Source: Nocardioides sp.
GTDB taxonomy: Bacteria > Actinomycetota > Actinomycetes > Propionibacteriales > Nocardioidaceae
Length of the DNA stretch: 38,941 nucleotides
NCBI GenBank assembly: GCA_041581495.1
Contig: JBFIDC010000001.1
Coordinates: forward strand, 1-38,941
Direction: 5' to 3'
The number at the start of each line of letters is the position of its first letter. Position 1 is the first letter of the stretch. The position numbers were made by a program, and so were the translations under genes. Below the pieces are notes generated by a model that was not told the origin of the DNA, did not search any database, and was given only the letters and a program-made list of their open reading frames with translations. Shown here in pieces: positions 26,585-35,314 of this stretch.

Positions 26585-26629
26585 CGTCCCGAAATGGGAC
26601 AACTTATTGCGCCGGCTTCTCACCACGAT
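26585..26629 (+). promoter_or_regulatory. Activator box CGTCCCG-AAA-TGGGACA (26585-26601), 22 nt, -10 CACGAT (26624-26629)
   Basis: Read directly, upstream of the BVMO gene. Extra half-site TGTCTCA at 26562-26568. Confidence 0.75.
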
Positions 26630-26675
26630 GGGCGTGCCCGTCAGGGGCACCAGTCGACGAGAAGGGAGATGCGCG

Positions 26676-28316
26676 ATGAGCGACGAGGTCAAGGCGGAGG
26701 GGGGGACCACGGAGGTCGACGCCATCGTCATCGGCTCGGGGTTCGCCGGGCTCTACAGCATTCACAAGCTGAGGAACGTTGACGGTCTCACCGTCCAGGC
26801 GTTTGAGAACGCTGGCGATGTGGGAGGCACTTGGTACTGGAACCAGTACCCGGGTGCCCGATCAGACACCGAGGTCAACGCCTACTGCTACTCCTTCGAC
26901 AAGGAGCTCTTCCACGAGTGGAAGTGGTCCGAGCGGTACCCGCGTCAGGAAGAGATCTGGTCCTATCTCAAGCACGTGGCGGACCGCTACGACCTGCGAC
27001 GAAGCATTCAGTTCGATACCCAGGTCGAGACAGCCACCTGGGACGAAGCGGCGAGTCAGTGGATCGTCACCACCGATGATGGCAAGGCTTGGCGTGCCAA
27101 GTTCCTCATCGAGGCAGTCGGGTTGCTGTCTGCTACCAAGGTCCCGCACTTTGCAGGCGAGGACCGGTTCAAGGGTCAGATACACCACACCGCCCGCTGG
27201 CCTCAGGGGGATGTCGACCTGAGCGGCAAGCGGGTTGGCGTGATCGGGACCGGCTCCAGCGGCATCCAGGTGATCAGCGAGTTGGCCGACAAGGTCGGTC
27301 ACATGACCGTATTCCAACGCACCCCGCAGTGGGTCGTGCCATCCAAGCACCGACCAATCGCCCCGGGCTTGCTGGAGAAGATCGAGGCTGACTACGAGGG
27401 ATATTGGCGCGACGTTCTCTACTCGGTCACCGCTTTCGGCTTCGAAGAAAGCGACATCGCCGCCGAGGACGTCTCGTATGAGGAGCGCATCAAGCGGTTC
27501 GAGGAGCAGTACGAGGACGGCGGCGGGTTCCAATACATGTTCGCGGCGTTCAACGACGTCGCGGTTAGTCGGGTTGCCAACGCCGCCGCCACCGAGGTGA
27601 TTGCGGGCAAGATCCGCGAGACTGTCAAGGATCCGGTGACCGCCAACCTGTTGATCCCCAGCGATCTCTACGCTAAACGCCCGTTGTGCTGCGACGGCTA
27701 CTACGAGACCTTCAACCGCGACAACGTCGAGCTTGTCGATGTCCAGCACGACCCCATCGTGGAGTTCACCGAGAACGGGATCCGCACTGAAGACGGCGTG
27801 GAGCACGAACTCGACGTTGTCATTTTGGCGACGGGCTTCGACGCGGTCTCGGGCAACCAGCTCAAGATCCAACATCGCGGTCGTGGGGGTGTTTCCCTGC
27901 ACGATCACTGGGCGCACCGCCCTCGTACGCACCTCGGGTTGATGGCGCACGGGTTCCCCAACCTCTACATGATCTACGGCCCCATGGGTCCATTCACCAA
28001 TCAGCCGCCGCTGCACGAGGCTCAGGTGAACTGGGTCGCCGGCACCATCCAGCACGTCCTGAACAACGACCTGGCCTCGATCGAGGCCACCGCGGATGCC
28101 GAGGAGGCGTGGATCGCCGAGAGTGACGAGGGTGCGTCTGGCACCTTGTTCGCGGTGACCAACTCGTGGATCAACGGGTCGAACATCCCTGGAAAGCCCA
28201 TCATCAACATGTTCTACATGGGTGGGTCTGGGGCATACATGGACAAGATGGCGCACGAGGTGGAGACCGACTATCGGGAGAACTTCACCCTCGGCCACGC
28301 GCCTGTACCCGCGTGA
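26676..28316 (+). CDS. Type I Baeyer-Villiger monooxygenase (cyclohexanone monooxygenase-like)
   Basis: GSGFAG, GGTWYWNQYPGARSD, fingerprint FKGQIHHTARWP, GTGSSG, AKRPL and ATGFD motifs. ATG at 26676 follows AAGGGAG. Confidence 0.93.
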   Translation: MSDEVKAEGGTTEVDAIVIGSGFAGLYSIHKLRNVDGLTVQAFENAGDVGGTWYWNQYPGARSDTEVNAYCYSFDKELFHEWKWSERYPRQEEIWSYLKHVADRYDLRRSIQFDTQVETATWDEAASQWIVTTDDGKAWRAKFLIEAVGLLSATKVPHFAGEDRFKGQIHHTARWPQGDVDLSGKRVGVIGTGSSGIQVISELADKVGHMTVFQRTPQWVVPSKHRPIAPGLLEKIEADYEGYWRDVLYSVTAFGFEESDIAAEDVSYEERIKRFEEQYEDGGGFQYMFAAFNDVAVSRVANAAATEVIAGKIRETVKDPVTANLLIPSDLYAKRPLCCDGYYETFNRDNVELVDVQHDPIVEFTENGIRTEDGVEHELDVVILATGFDAVSGNQLKIQHRGRGGVSLHDHWAHRPRTHLGLMAHGFPNLYMIYGPMGPFTNQPPLHEAQVNWVAGTIQHVLNNDLASIEATADAEEAWIAESDEGASGTLFAVTNSWINGSNIPGKPIINMFYMGGSGAYMDKMAHEVETDYRENFTLGHAPVPA

Positions 28317-29512
28317 GCATCAACCTCGAGCACTCGCAGGAGGTCCGCGACCTTGTGACGCGGACCTCCGCGTTCGTCCGAGAGGTCGTCGTCCCACTCG
28401 AGGACGCCGCCGCCGGTGACATGGTGCAGGCTGGCGGCGACACTTTCCGGCGTGAACTTCAAGCCGACGCCAGTGCGCGTGGACTGCTCAGCCCGCACGG
28501 GCCGCTCGAGTACGGCGGCCTGGGATTGGGGATGGTCGACCGCGCGCCGGTCTTCGAGGCCGCTGGTCATTCCCTCTTTGGCCCGCTCGCGATCAATGTG
28601 GCTGCGCCCGACGAGGGGAACGTGCACCTCCTGGCGCACATTGCGACTGCCGAGCAACGAGAGGAGTTCTTGCGCCCGTTGGTCCAGGGCCGGGTTCGCT
28701 CGGCGTTCGCCATGACCGAGCCAGCCCCCGGGGCAGGTTCGGATCCGACTGCGCTTCGGACAGCGGCCCGCCGAGTGGCCGGCGGCTGGCGGGTCTCAGG
28801 TGAGAAGTGGTTCATCACCGGCGCTGATGGCGCGGGCTTCTTCATCATCATGGCACGCACTGCTGGAGAACCCGGTGAGTCGCACGGCGCCACGATGTTC
28901 TTGGCCCCAGCCGACAGCGTTGGCATCAGTGTTGGCCGGCACATCGGCACACTCGACCGCTCGATGGTCGGAGGACACTGCGAGGTACGTTTTGACGACG
29001 TCTTCGTCCCCGACGAGAGAGTGCTCGGCGAGGTCGATCGAGGCTTTGCGAACGCCCAGGTCCGCCTTGGTCCGGCTCGGATGACCCACGTGATGAGGTG
29101 GCTCGGCGCCGCTCGGCGAGGGCACGAGATCGCCTTGCGCCACGTGGCCGAGAGACAGGGTTTCGGTTCTCGCCTGGCCGACCTCGGCATGGTTCAACAA
29201 CTGGTTGCCGACAGCGAGATCGACATTGCGGCCACCCGCGCACTGCTGCTGCAAGCCTGTTGGGAACTGGACCAGGGCGAACGGGCCTCGATGTCGACCT
29301 CGATTGCCAAGACATTTGCTGCCGAGGCAATCGGTCGGATCGTGGATCGGGCCATTCAGATGTGCGGCGGGCTGGGGGTCAGCGACGATCTGCCGCTGGC
29401 CAGGCTGTCCCGCGAAGTGCGACCGTTCCGAATCTACGACGGGGCCTCCGAGGTGCACCGGTGGTCGATCGCCAAGCGCGCTGTCCATCACGCGACTGGG
29501 GCCAGGTCATGA
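28313..29512 (+). CDS. Acyl-CoA dehydrogenase, ACAD10/11 / FadE2 / LvaC-like
   Basis: APDEGN, RSAFAMTEP, RLGPARMTHVMRWLG and RIYDGASEVH motifs. GTGA overlap with the BVMO gene. Confidence 0.88.
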   Translation: MSINLEHSQEVRDLVTRTSAFVREVVVPLEDAAAGDMVQAGGDTFRRELQADASARGLLSPHGPLEYGGLGLGMVDRAPVFEAAGHSLFGPLAINVAAPDEGNVHLLAHIATAEQREEFLRPLVQGRVRSAFAMTEPAPGAGSDPTALRTAARRVAGGWRVSGEKWFITGADGAGFFIIMARTAGEPGESHGATMFLAPADSVGISVGRHIGTLDRSMVGGHCEVRFDDVFVPDERVLGEVDRGFANAQVRLGPARMTHVMRWLGAARRGHEIALRHVAERQGFGSRLADLGMVQQLVADSEIDIAATRALLLQACWELDQGERASMSTSIAKTFAAEAIGRIVDRAIQMCGGLGVSDDLPLARLSREVRPFRIYDGASEVHRWSIAKRAVHHATGARS

Positions 29513-30528
29513 CAGACCTCACCCAGATCGACCTCGACCGACTCTCGCGGCACCTGGCCGATGCCGGTGAGCCAGTCTCCGGGCCACTGCGCGCTTCAGT
29601 GCTGGTGGGTGGGCGCTCCAACCTGACCTACCGGCTTGAGGACGACCAATCCGCCTGGGCGATGCGTCGTCCCCCGCGCAGCGGTGTCATCGAATCGGCC
29701 CACGACGTCATCCGCGAATACCGCATAGTCGAGGCCTTGCAGGGTCTCGAGGTCCCGGTGGCCCGAACGGTGGCCTGCGATCCCGAGGGTGTCGTGCTGG
29801 GTGCCCCATGCGCGGTGGTTGCCTTCGTGCCCGGTTTCACCGCACGTGGCCAAGACGATATCGCTGACTGGGACGACGCGAGCTTTGACGCGTGCGCCGA
29901 CGCACTGGTCGCTGCGCTCGCGGCACTGCACGCGGTGGATCCCGACGCGGTCGGCCTCGGTGACTTTGGGCGGCCGAACGGGTATGCCTCGCGCCAACTC
30001 AGACGGTGGTCGGGGCAGTGGGACGCGATGGGTGCGCAGGATGAGCGAGCCGACCAGCTACGGACTTGGTTGGCTGGCCGGGTGCCCGAACAAGCGAGGT
30101 CAACGCTCGTGCATGGCGACTACCGAGTCGACAACGTGTTGCTTGACCCTCACGACCCGGGCCGGGTCTTGGCGGTCGTCGATTGGGAGCTCTCCACGCG
30201 GGGTGACCCCGTGGCTGACGTGGCCACAATGTGCGCCTACCGGCACCCAGCCCTTGATCTCGTCTTGGGCATCGAAGCGGCTTGGACCAGCCCTCGGTGG
30301 CCCTCGCCCGAATCGCTTGCCGATCGCTATGCCCGGCACGCTGGGACCGACCTCCCGGCATTCGGTTTCTATCTTGCTCTCGCCTTCTACAAGCTCGCGG
30401 TGATCGCGCAAGGCATCGTCTTCCGGCACGGCCTCGGGGTCACGGTTGGTGAGGGATACGAGGGGGTCGGTGCCAGCGTGCCTGTGCTCCTTGAGGCAGG
30501 CCTCGCGGCGGCGGCTGCCCATGACTGA
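29509..30528 (+). CDS. APH-family phosphotransferase (ACAD10/11 kinase-domain-like)
   Basis: GGRSNLTY, RRPP, SAHDV.REY, HGDYRVDN and DWELST.GDP motifs. ATGA overlap. Confidence 0.88.
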   Translation: MTDLTQIDLDRLSRHLADAGEPVSGPLRASVLVGGRSNLTYRLEDDQSAWAMRRPPRSGVIESAHDVIREYRIVEALQGLEVPVARTVACDPEGVVLGAPCAVVAFVPGFTARGQDDIADWDDASFDACADALVAALAALHAVDPDAVGLGDFGRPNGYASRQLRRWSGQWDAMGAQDERADQLRTWLAGRVPEQARSTLVHGDYRVDNVLLDPHDPGRVLAVVDWELSTRGDPVADVATMCAYRHPALDLVLGIEAAWTSPRWPSPESLADRYARHAGTDLPAFGFYLALAFYKLAVIAQGIVFRHGLGVTVGEGYEGVGASVPVLLEAGLAAAAAHD

Positions 30529-31264
30529 GCAGCTCAGTGCCCTGGTTACGGGTGCCTCGCGGGGGATCGGGTTCGGAATCGCCGAACGGCTTGCTTCTCG
30601 CGGTTATGCGCTCACGATCGCGGCTCGCGACGCCGCTGCTTTGTCCGAGACCGCAGGCCGGCTCCGGGCAGTCGGAGCCCCCTCGGTCGTAGAGGTGCCC
30701 GGCGACCTCGCCGACCCCGACCACACCGCGGCACTGGCGCGCGCGCACGCGCAGAGATTCGGGCATCTCTCATGTCTGGTTCTCAACGCAGGTGTCGGGA
30801 CAGCCGGCGGGATCTCGGAGTTCTCACCAAGACGACTCGACAAGACGATCGCGGTGAACTTACGTGCCCCCTTTGTCCTGCTCCAGCATTGCCTGCCGCT
30901 GCTGCGGGCAGCTGCGGGGTATGACCCCAATCGGGGGGCGCGGGTGATCGCGCTCGCCTCCATCACTGGAGTGTTTGCCGAATCCGGGCTCGCGGCCTAT
31001 GGCGCGACCAAGGCCGCGCTGCTGTCTTTGGTCGAAACGTTGAACGTCGAGGAGTCCCCTCGCGGGGTGACGGCCACGGCGTTGGCGCCCGGATATGTCG
31101 AAACCGATATGACCGATTGGGTCCGCGATCAGGTGCCGGCCACGGAGATGATCCCGGTGGGTGATCTGGTCGAACTGGTCGACGCGATCATCAGCCTCAG
31201 CGCACGATCTGTTGTCTCAAGGCTTGTCATCAGCCGCGCCGGAGGCCCGGCGTACGGCGCCTAG
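30521..31264 (+). CDS. SDR oxidoreductase
   Basis: TGASRGIG, NAG and YGATK motifs. Start at 30521. Confidence 0.88.
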   Translation: MTEQLSALVTGASRGIGFGIAERLASRGYALTIAARDAAALSETAGRLRAVGAPSVVEVPGDLADPDHTAALARAHAQRFGHLSCLVLNAGVGTAGGISEFSPRRLDKTIAVNLRAPFVLLQHCLPLLRAAAGYDPNRGARVIALASITGVFAESGLAAYGATKAALLSLVETLNVEESPRGVTATALAPGYVETDMTDWVRDQVPATEMIPVGDLVELVDAIISLSARSVVSRLVISRAGGPAYGA

Positions 31265-31276
31265 AAGGAGTCCACA

Positions 31277-32014
31277 ATGAACATGCTTGAGGGTCGTGCT
31301 GCCGTCATCACGGGTGGTGCTCAGGGTCTGGGCCGAGCGATCGCCGAACGTTTCGTTGCCGAGGGAGCACGAGTAGTCATCGGGGACGTCGACCTCGCCT
31401 CGGCGGCGGCGACCGTGGCCGATCTGGGTGGCGCGAGTGTTGCGCTTGCCGTTCGTTGCGACGTCACGTCGGAGGCCGACATGGCCCTGTTGGTGGCCTC
31501 GGCCGACGAGTTCGGCGGAGTGGATGTCATGGTCAACAACGCCGGGGTGCTGCGCGACGCCACCATGCGCAAGATGACCCTCGACGACTTCCGACTGGTG
31601 CTCGACACCCATGTTCAGGGCACCTGGTTGGGCACCCGTGCGGCCGCAGCCGTCATGCGCGAGCGCGGTGTGGGCTCGATCGTCAACATGTCGTCAATCT
31701 CGGGCAAGGTGGGGAATCTTGGGCAGACCAACTATTCAGCCGCCAAGGCTGGGATCGTCGGACTGACCAAGGCCGCGGCCAAGGAAGTCGCCCACCTCGG
31801 AGTGCGTGTCAATGCGATCCAGCCCGGTCTCATCCGCACGCCGATGACCGAGGCAATGCGCGAAGACATCTGGCAGCAGCGCCTTGGCGAGATTCCGATG
31901 GGGCGCTTCGGCGAGCCCGAAGAGGTTGCGGCAGTGGCCACGTTCCTGGCCGGTGACCTGTCGTCCTACATGACCGGGTGTGTGTTGGAGGTGACTGGTG
32001 GCCGACACATGTGA
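31277..32014 (+). CDS. fabG: 3-oxoacyl-(ACP/CoA) reductase, FabG-like
   Basis: [16 protein letters not shown] and [14 protein letters not shown] motifs; AAGGAG RBS. Confidence 0.85.
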   Translation: MNMLEGRAAVITGGAQGLGRAIAERFVAEGARVVIGDVDLASAAATVADLGGASVALAVRCDVTSEADMALLVASADEFGGVDVMVNNAGVLRDATMRKMTLDDFRLVLDTHVQGTWLGTRAAAAVMRERGVGSIVNMSSISGKVGNLGQTNYSAAKAGIVGLTKAAAKEVAHLGVRVNAIQPGLIRTPMTEAMREDIWQQRLGEIPMGRFGEPEEVAAVATFLAGDLSSYMTGCVLEVTGGRHM

Positions 32015-33194
32015 GGCCTATGTCTATGCCGCGGCGCGCACTCCCTTCGGTCGTTACGCCGGGGCCTTAGCGCAGATTCGTCCTGATGATCTGGCCGCCG
32101 CCGCCGTGTTGGGTGCGCTCGAGAAGGCCCCCGCACTCGACCCCGCACGCATCGGCGATGTCGTGTGGGGCTGCGCCAACCAAGCCGGTGAAGACAACCG
32201 GAACGTGGGCAGGATGGCCGTGTTGCTTGCCGGGCTGCCGGTGTCAGTCTCAGCCACCACGGTGAACCGATTGTGCGGCTCCAGCCTCGACGCGGCCATG
32301 ATGGCTTCACGCACGATCGAGACCGCCGACGCTCAGGTGGTGCTCGTCGGCGGCGTCGAGTCGATGAGCCGTGCACCCTGGGTGCTACCCAAGCCGGCAC
32401 GCGGGTATCCCGCCGGCAACGCCGAGTTGGTCTCCACCACTCTCGGCTGGCGACTGGTCAATGAGCAGATGCCGGCGCAATGGACCGTCTCGTTGGGCGA
32501 GTGTAATGAACTCCTGGCGCAAGAGCGCCGCATTGGTCGGGACCGCCAGGACGCGTTCGCCGCCCGCTCGCACGCACTGGCAGACGCCGCCTGGAAGGCC
32601 GGCTTCTATGACGAACTGGTTGTCGCTGTCCCGGGTCTCGATCTGGTTCGTGACGAGACCATCCGACCTGCGACCACATCCGAGGGGTTGTCGTCGCTGG
32701 CGCCGTCGTTTCGTTCCGATGGCACGATCACTGCGGGCAATGCGTCCCCGCTTAGCGATGGTGCATCTGCACTGATCCTGGGCTCTGAGTCGGCCGCTGA
32801 TCTGCTCGGCCTGGACCCCGTGGCTCGCATCGCCGGTCGCGGCACGAGCGCCATCGAGCCGCAGAACTTTGGGATCGCGCCCGTTGAGGCCGCGGATCGG
32901 GCCCTGTCCCGAGCTGGAATCACGTGGGCGGATGTCTCGGCTGTTGAGCTCAACGAAGCCTTTGCCGTGCAGTCACTGGCGTGCGTCGATGATTGGGGAA
33001 TCGACCCTGAGATCGTCAACACCAAGGGCGGCGCGATTGCGCTCGGGCACCCGCTGGGCGCCTCGGGCGGCAGAATCCTGGGGACGCTGACGCACCGCCT
33101 TGCTGAGTCCGGCGATCGCTGGGGCGTTGCGGCGATCTGCATCGGCGTGGGTCAAGCGCTGGCAGTGGTGGTGGAGAACGTCACCGCAAGGTGA
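31998..33194 (+). CDS. Acetyl-CoA C-acyltransferase (thiolase, PcaF/PaaJ-like)
   Basis: [19 protein letters not shown] and ICIGVGQ motifs; GGAGG 6 nt before the GTG. Confidence 0.9.
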   Translation: MADTCEAYVYAAARTPFGRYAGALAQIRPDDLAAAAVLGALEKAPALDPARIGDVVWGCANQAGEDNRNVGRMAVLLAGLPVSVSATTVNRLCGSSLDAAMMASRTIETADAQVVLVGGVESMSRAPWVLPKPARGYPAGNAELVSTTLGWRLVNEQMPAQWTVSLGECNELLAQERRIGRDRQDAFAARSHALADAAWKAGFYDELVVAVPGLDLVRDETIRPATTSEGLSSLAPSFRSDGTITAGNASPLSDGASALILGSESAADLLGLDPVARIAGRGTSAIEPQNFGIAPVEAADRALSRAGITWADVSAVELNEAFAVQSLACVDDWGIDPEIVNTKGGAIALGHPLGASGGRILGTLTHRLAESGDRWGVAAICIGVGQALAVVVENVTAR

Positions 33195-33197
33195 GCC

Positions 33198-33815
33198 TCA
33201 AGCGATGGGCCCTCCGGTCAACGCGGGCCCGAGCCAACGCCGCACGAACGCCCGCAAATCGTCGGGGGTGCGGGGAGTCGTGGGCGGGTGCTGCAGGAAC
33301 GAGGCCATCAGGCGCATCATGACCTCGACCAACTCCTCGAAATCGTCCTCGGTGTGGACGCCGACCGAAGGCCAGTCGACGACGAGGCCACGCAGCACCT
33401 GTGCCCCCAACTCGAAGGCGACCGACGAGGTCATCCCGCGGCCGAAGAGGGTCTCCTCGCCGGCTTCGAGGAGGATCCCGATGCGTGGCTCGCGGGGGAG
33501 TTCTTCCATGGCGTAGATCATCGATTCCACCACCGCGTCCAGGGGTGTCCTGGCGCCGGCGAGGTGGGTCCGCGACCGCTCGAGGAAGTCGGCAGCGCCA
33601 GTGGCGGCGACGGCGTTGAGGAGTTCGGCCAGGTTGGGGAAGTAGCGGTAGACGGTCTGCCGGGTGACGCCCACCTCTTCGGCGACGTTCGACAGAGTCG
33701 TCCTGCGGACGCCCATCCGCTCGATGCACCGGGTCGTGGCGGTGATGATGCGTTGCCGGGCCTGTTCCTCGGTGCGGGGCGGGTCCCCTCCCCAGCCGTG
33801 ATGGCCCACGCTCAT
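33198..33815 (-). CDS. TetR/AcrR-family regulator
   Basis: TTLSNVAEEVGVTRQTVYRYFP HTH. Start at 33815 overlaps the upstream stop. Confidence 0.9.
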   Translation of the reverse strand: MSVGHHGWGGDPPRTEEQARQRIITATTRCIERMGVRRTTLSNVAEEVGVTRQTVYRYFPNLAELLNAVAATGAADFLERSRTHLAGARTPLDAVVESMIYAMEELPREPRIGILLEAGEETLFGRGMTSSVAFELGAQVLRGLVVDWPSVGVHTEDDFEELVEVMMRLMASFLQHPPTTPRTPDDLRAFVRRWLGPALTGGPIA

Positions 33816-34990
33816 ATCGCGACCCGGGCCTCGGGCCGATCCGTGTCTCGGATCCGGCGACGGTCCTTGAACAGGATCACGAGCACGCCTGTGGCCCCCA
33901 GGAAGCACAAGGTGACATAGAGCCCGCTGCCGATCGGCGTACCAGCGTCGGTGATCCCGCGCTCCGCGTCGAGGAACTCGGACAGGGAGGCCAGCCAGAG
34001 GCCCGCGTGAACGACCAGATAGGCGATCGGGAAGATCGCCACGAACCGGCTCATCGGGATCGCCCCCTGCGCTGGTTCGCTGCGGGCTTCGCGGAGCAGG
34101 AGCCACCCGCCGACGAGCCACACAAGTCCGAGTTCGACACCGAGGATCCAGGCCTGCGCGGTCACATTGGGTGAGTCGCCGCCGAACAGGCTCGACGGGA
34201 CTCCGGCGACGAGCATGCCCAGGGGGGTCAGGACGCCCGCGGCGATGCTGCGGCCGGTGATGGCCATGCCAGATAGCTGGCCCTCGGATCGGCCCGGGCC
34301 GACCCAGCGGACGACCAGGTAGGTCAAGAACCCGATCGAGACCGACGCGAACATCACCATGCTGGTCATCGGCACCGACGCCAGCATCGGGTGGTTGACC
34401 TGTTCGTTGTCCTGGTTCCAGGCCCACCACTTCAGTTGGGGGCCGAGGTGGTCGAAGATCTCGTAGAAGACCTGAGCCACGAACGCCACGCAGACCGCGC
34501 CGATGAACGGTCCGCGACGAGCGAACACGCCGATGGTGCGGACGATCTCGTAGGCCAAGGCGCTGATCGCGGGATAGAAGGCGACGATGTAGAGCGGCAA
34601 CCGGTCGTCCATGAACTGCACGGTGAACTGGTTGTGCGCGAAGATGAATCCGTAGATCTCATCCAACCCGAACCACTCAGGGAAATAGAGCGGCGGCTCG
34701 GTGACGGCCAGATAGGCCAGCGAGGCGAACCACAGCGCCAGGTTGGTCGGGTCGCCCTCGCCGCGGAAGCGCCGGATCGCGTGCACCAACGCGAACACGG
34801 CGCCGCTGATGATCAGCAGTTCCAGAATCGGCATGGTCCAGCTGGCGAGGTCGGCCGGGTTGTGGAACGAGACGACCGGGTTCACGTCATGGCAGTCGAA
34901 CCCCAGATCGCGGGTGACGGCCTCGGCCTCGGGACCGCAGGTGCCTGCCATGCGGTCAATGAGTACGACCGCGGTCCGGCCAAGCGACAT
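33812..34990 (-). CDS. Multi-pass membrane protein of unknown function
   Basis: Roughly 8-9 hydrophobic segments; AGGAG RBS; coupled to the TetR gene. Confidence 0.8.
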   Translation of the reverse strand: MSLGRTAVVLIDRMAGTCGPEAEAVTRDLGFDCHDVNPVVSFHNPADLASWTMPILELLIISGAVFALVHAIRRFRGEGDPTNLALWFASLAYLAVTEPPLYFPEWFGLDEIYGFIFAHNQFTVQFMDDRLPLYIVAFYPAISALAYEIVRTIGVFARRGPFIGAVCVAFVAQVFYEIFDHLGPQLKWWAWNQDNEQVNHPMLASVPMTSMVMFASVSIGFLTYLVVRWVGPGRSEGQLSGMAITGRSIAAGVLTPLGMLVAGVPSSLFGGDSPNVTAQAWILGVELGLVWLVGGWLLLREARSEPAQGAIPMSRFVAIFPIAYLVVHAGLWLASLSEFLDAERGITDAGTPIGSGLYVTLCFLGATGVLVILFKDRRRIRDTDRPEARVAI

Positions 34991-35041
34991 CGTTGCTCCT
35001 CTGGACCTGCCCCTGGGGCCGGTGTCTCGTGGGGCCTGCGG

Positions 35042-35097
35042 TCATACATTCATTCAATAGTTGTATGAACGTATGGAGGTCTCCTCGTGGGTGTCAA
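35042..35097 (-). promoter_or_regulatory. Sigma70-type promoter (TTGACA-18-TACGTT) with overlapping inverted-repeat operator
   Basis: -35 at 35097-35092 and -10 at 35073-35068. TCATACA-N13-TGTATGA at 35042-35068 lies in an AT-rich patch. Confidence 0.7.
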
Positions 35098-35314
35098 CCA
35101 TCCAGCGGGAGCGATGAGCGCCAGCGCGACCGGGCAGGTATGCTGATGAGTGTTCTGAGCCCGCTCGACGCGAGGTGACCCGGAGCCGCCGTCTCGGCCC
35201 GGCCTCCCTCCGCAGAGGCGTTCGCACTGGCCTGCCCGACTTGCCTGCCTAGGGCGGCACGAACACGCATCACCCACCACGCCCATCGTGGTGAGCGCTC
35301 CAAAGGAGGAGTCT

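Noticed and set aside
26401-26675. Sigma54 (-24/-12) promoter expected beside AAA-type activators
   Set aside because: No TGGCAC-N5-TTGC-like element was seen, and the regulators lack GAFTGA.
29509-30528. Aminoglycoside resistance gene
   Set aside because: Motifs and context fit the ACAD10/11-associated kinase subfamily.
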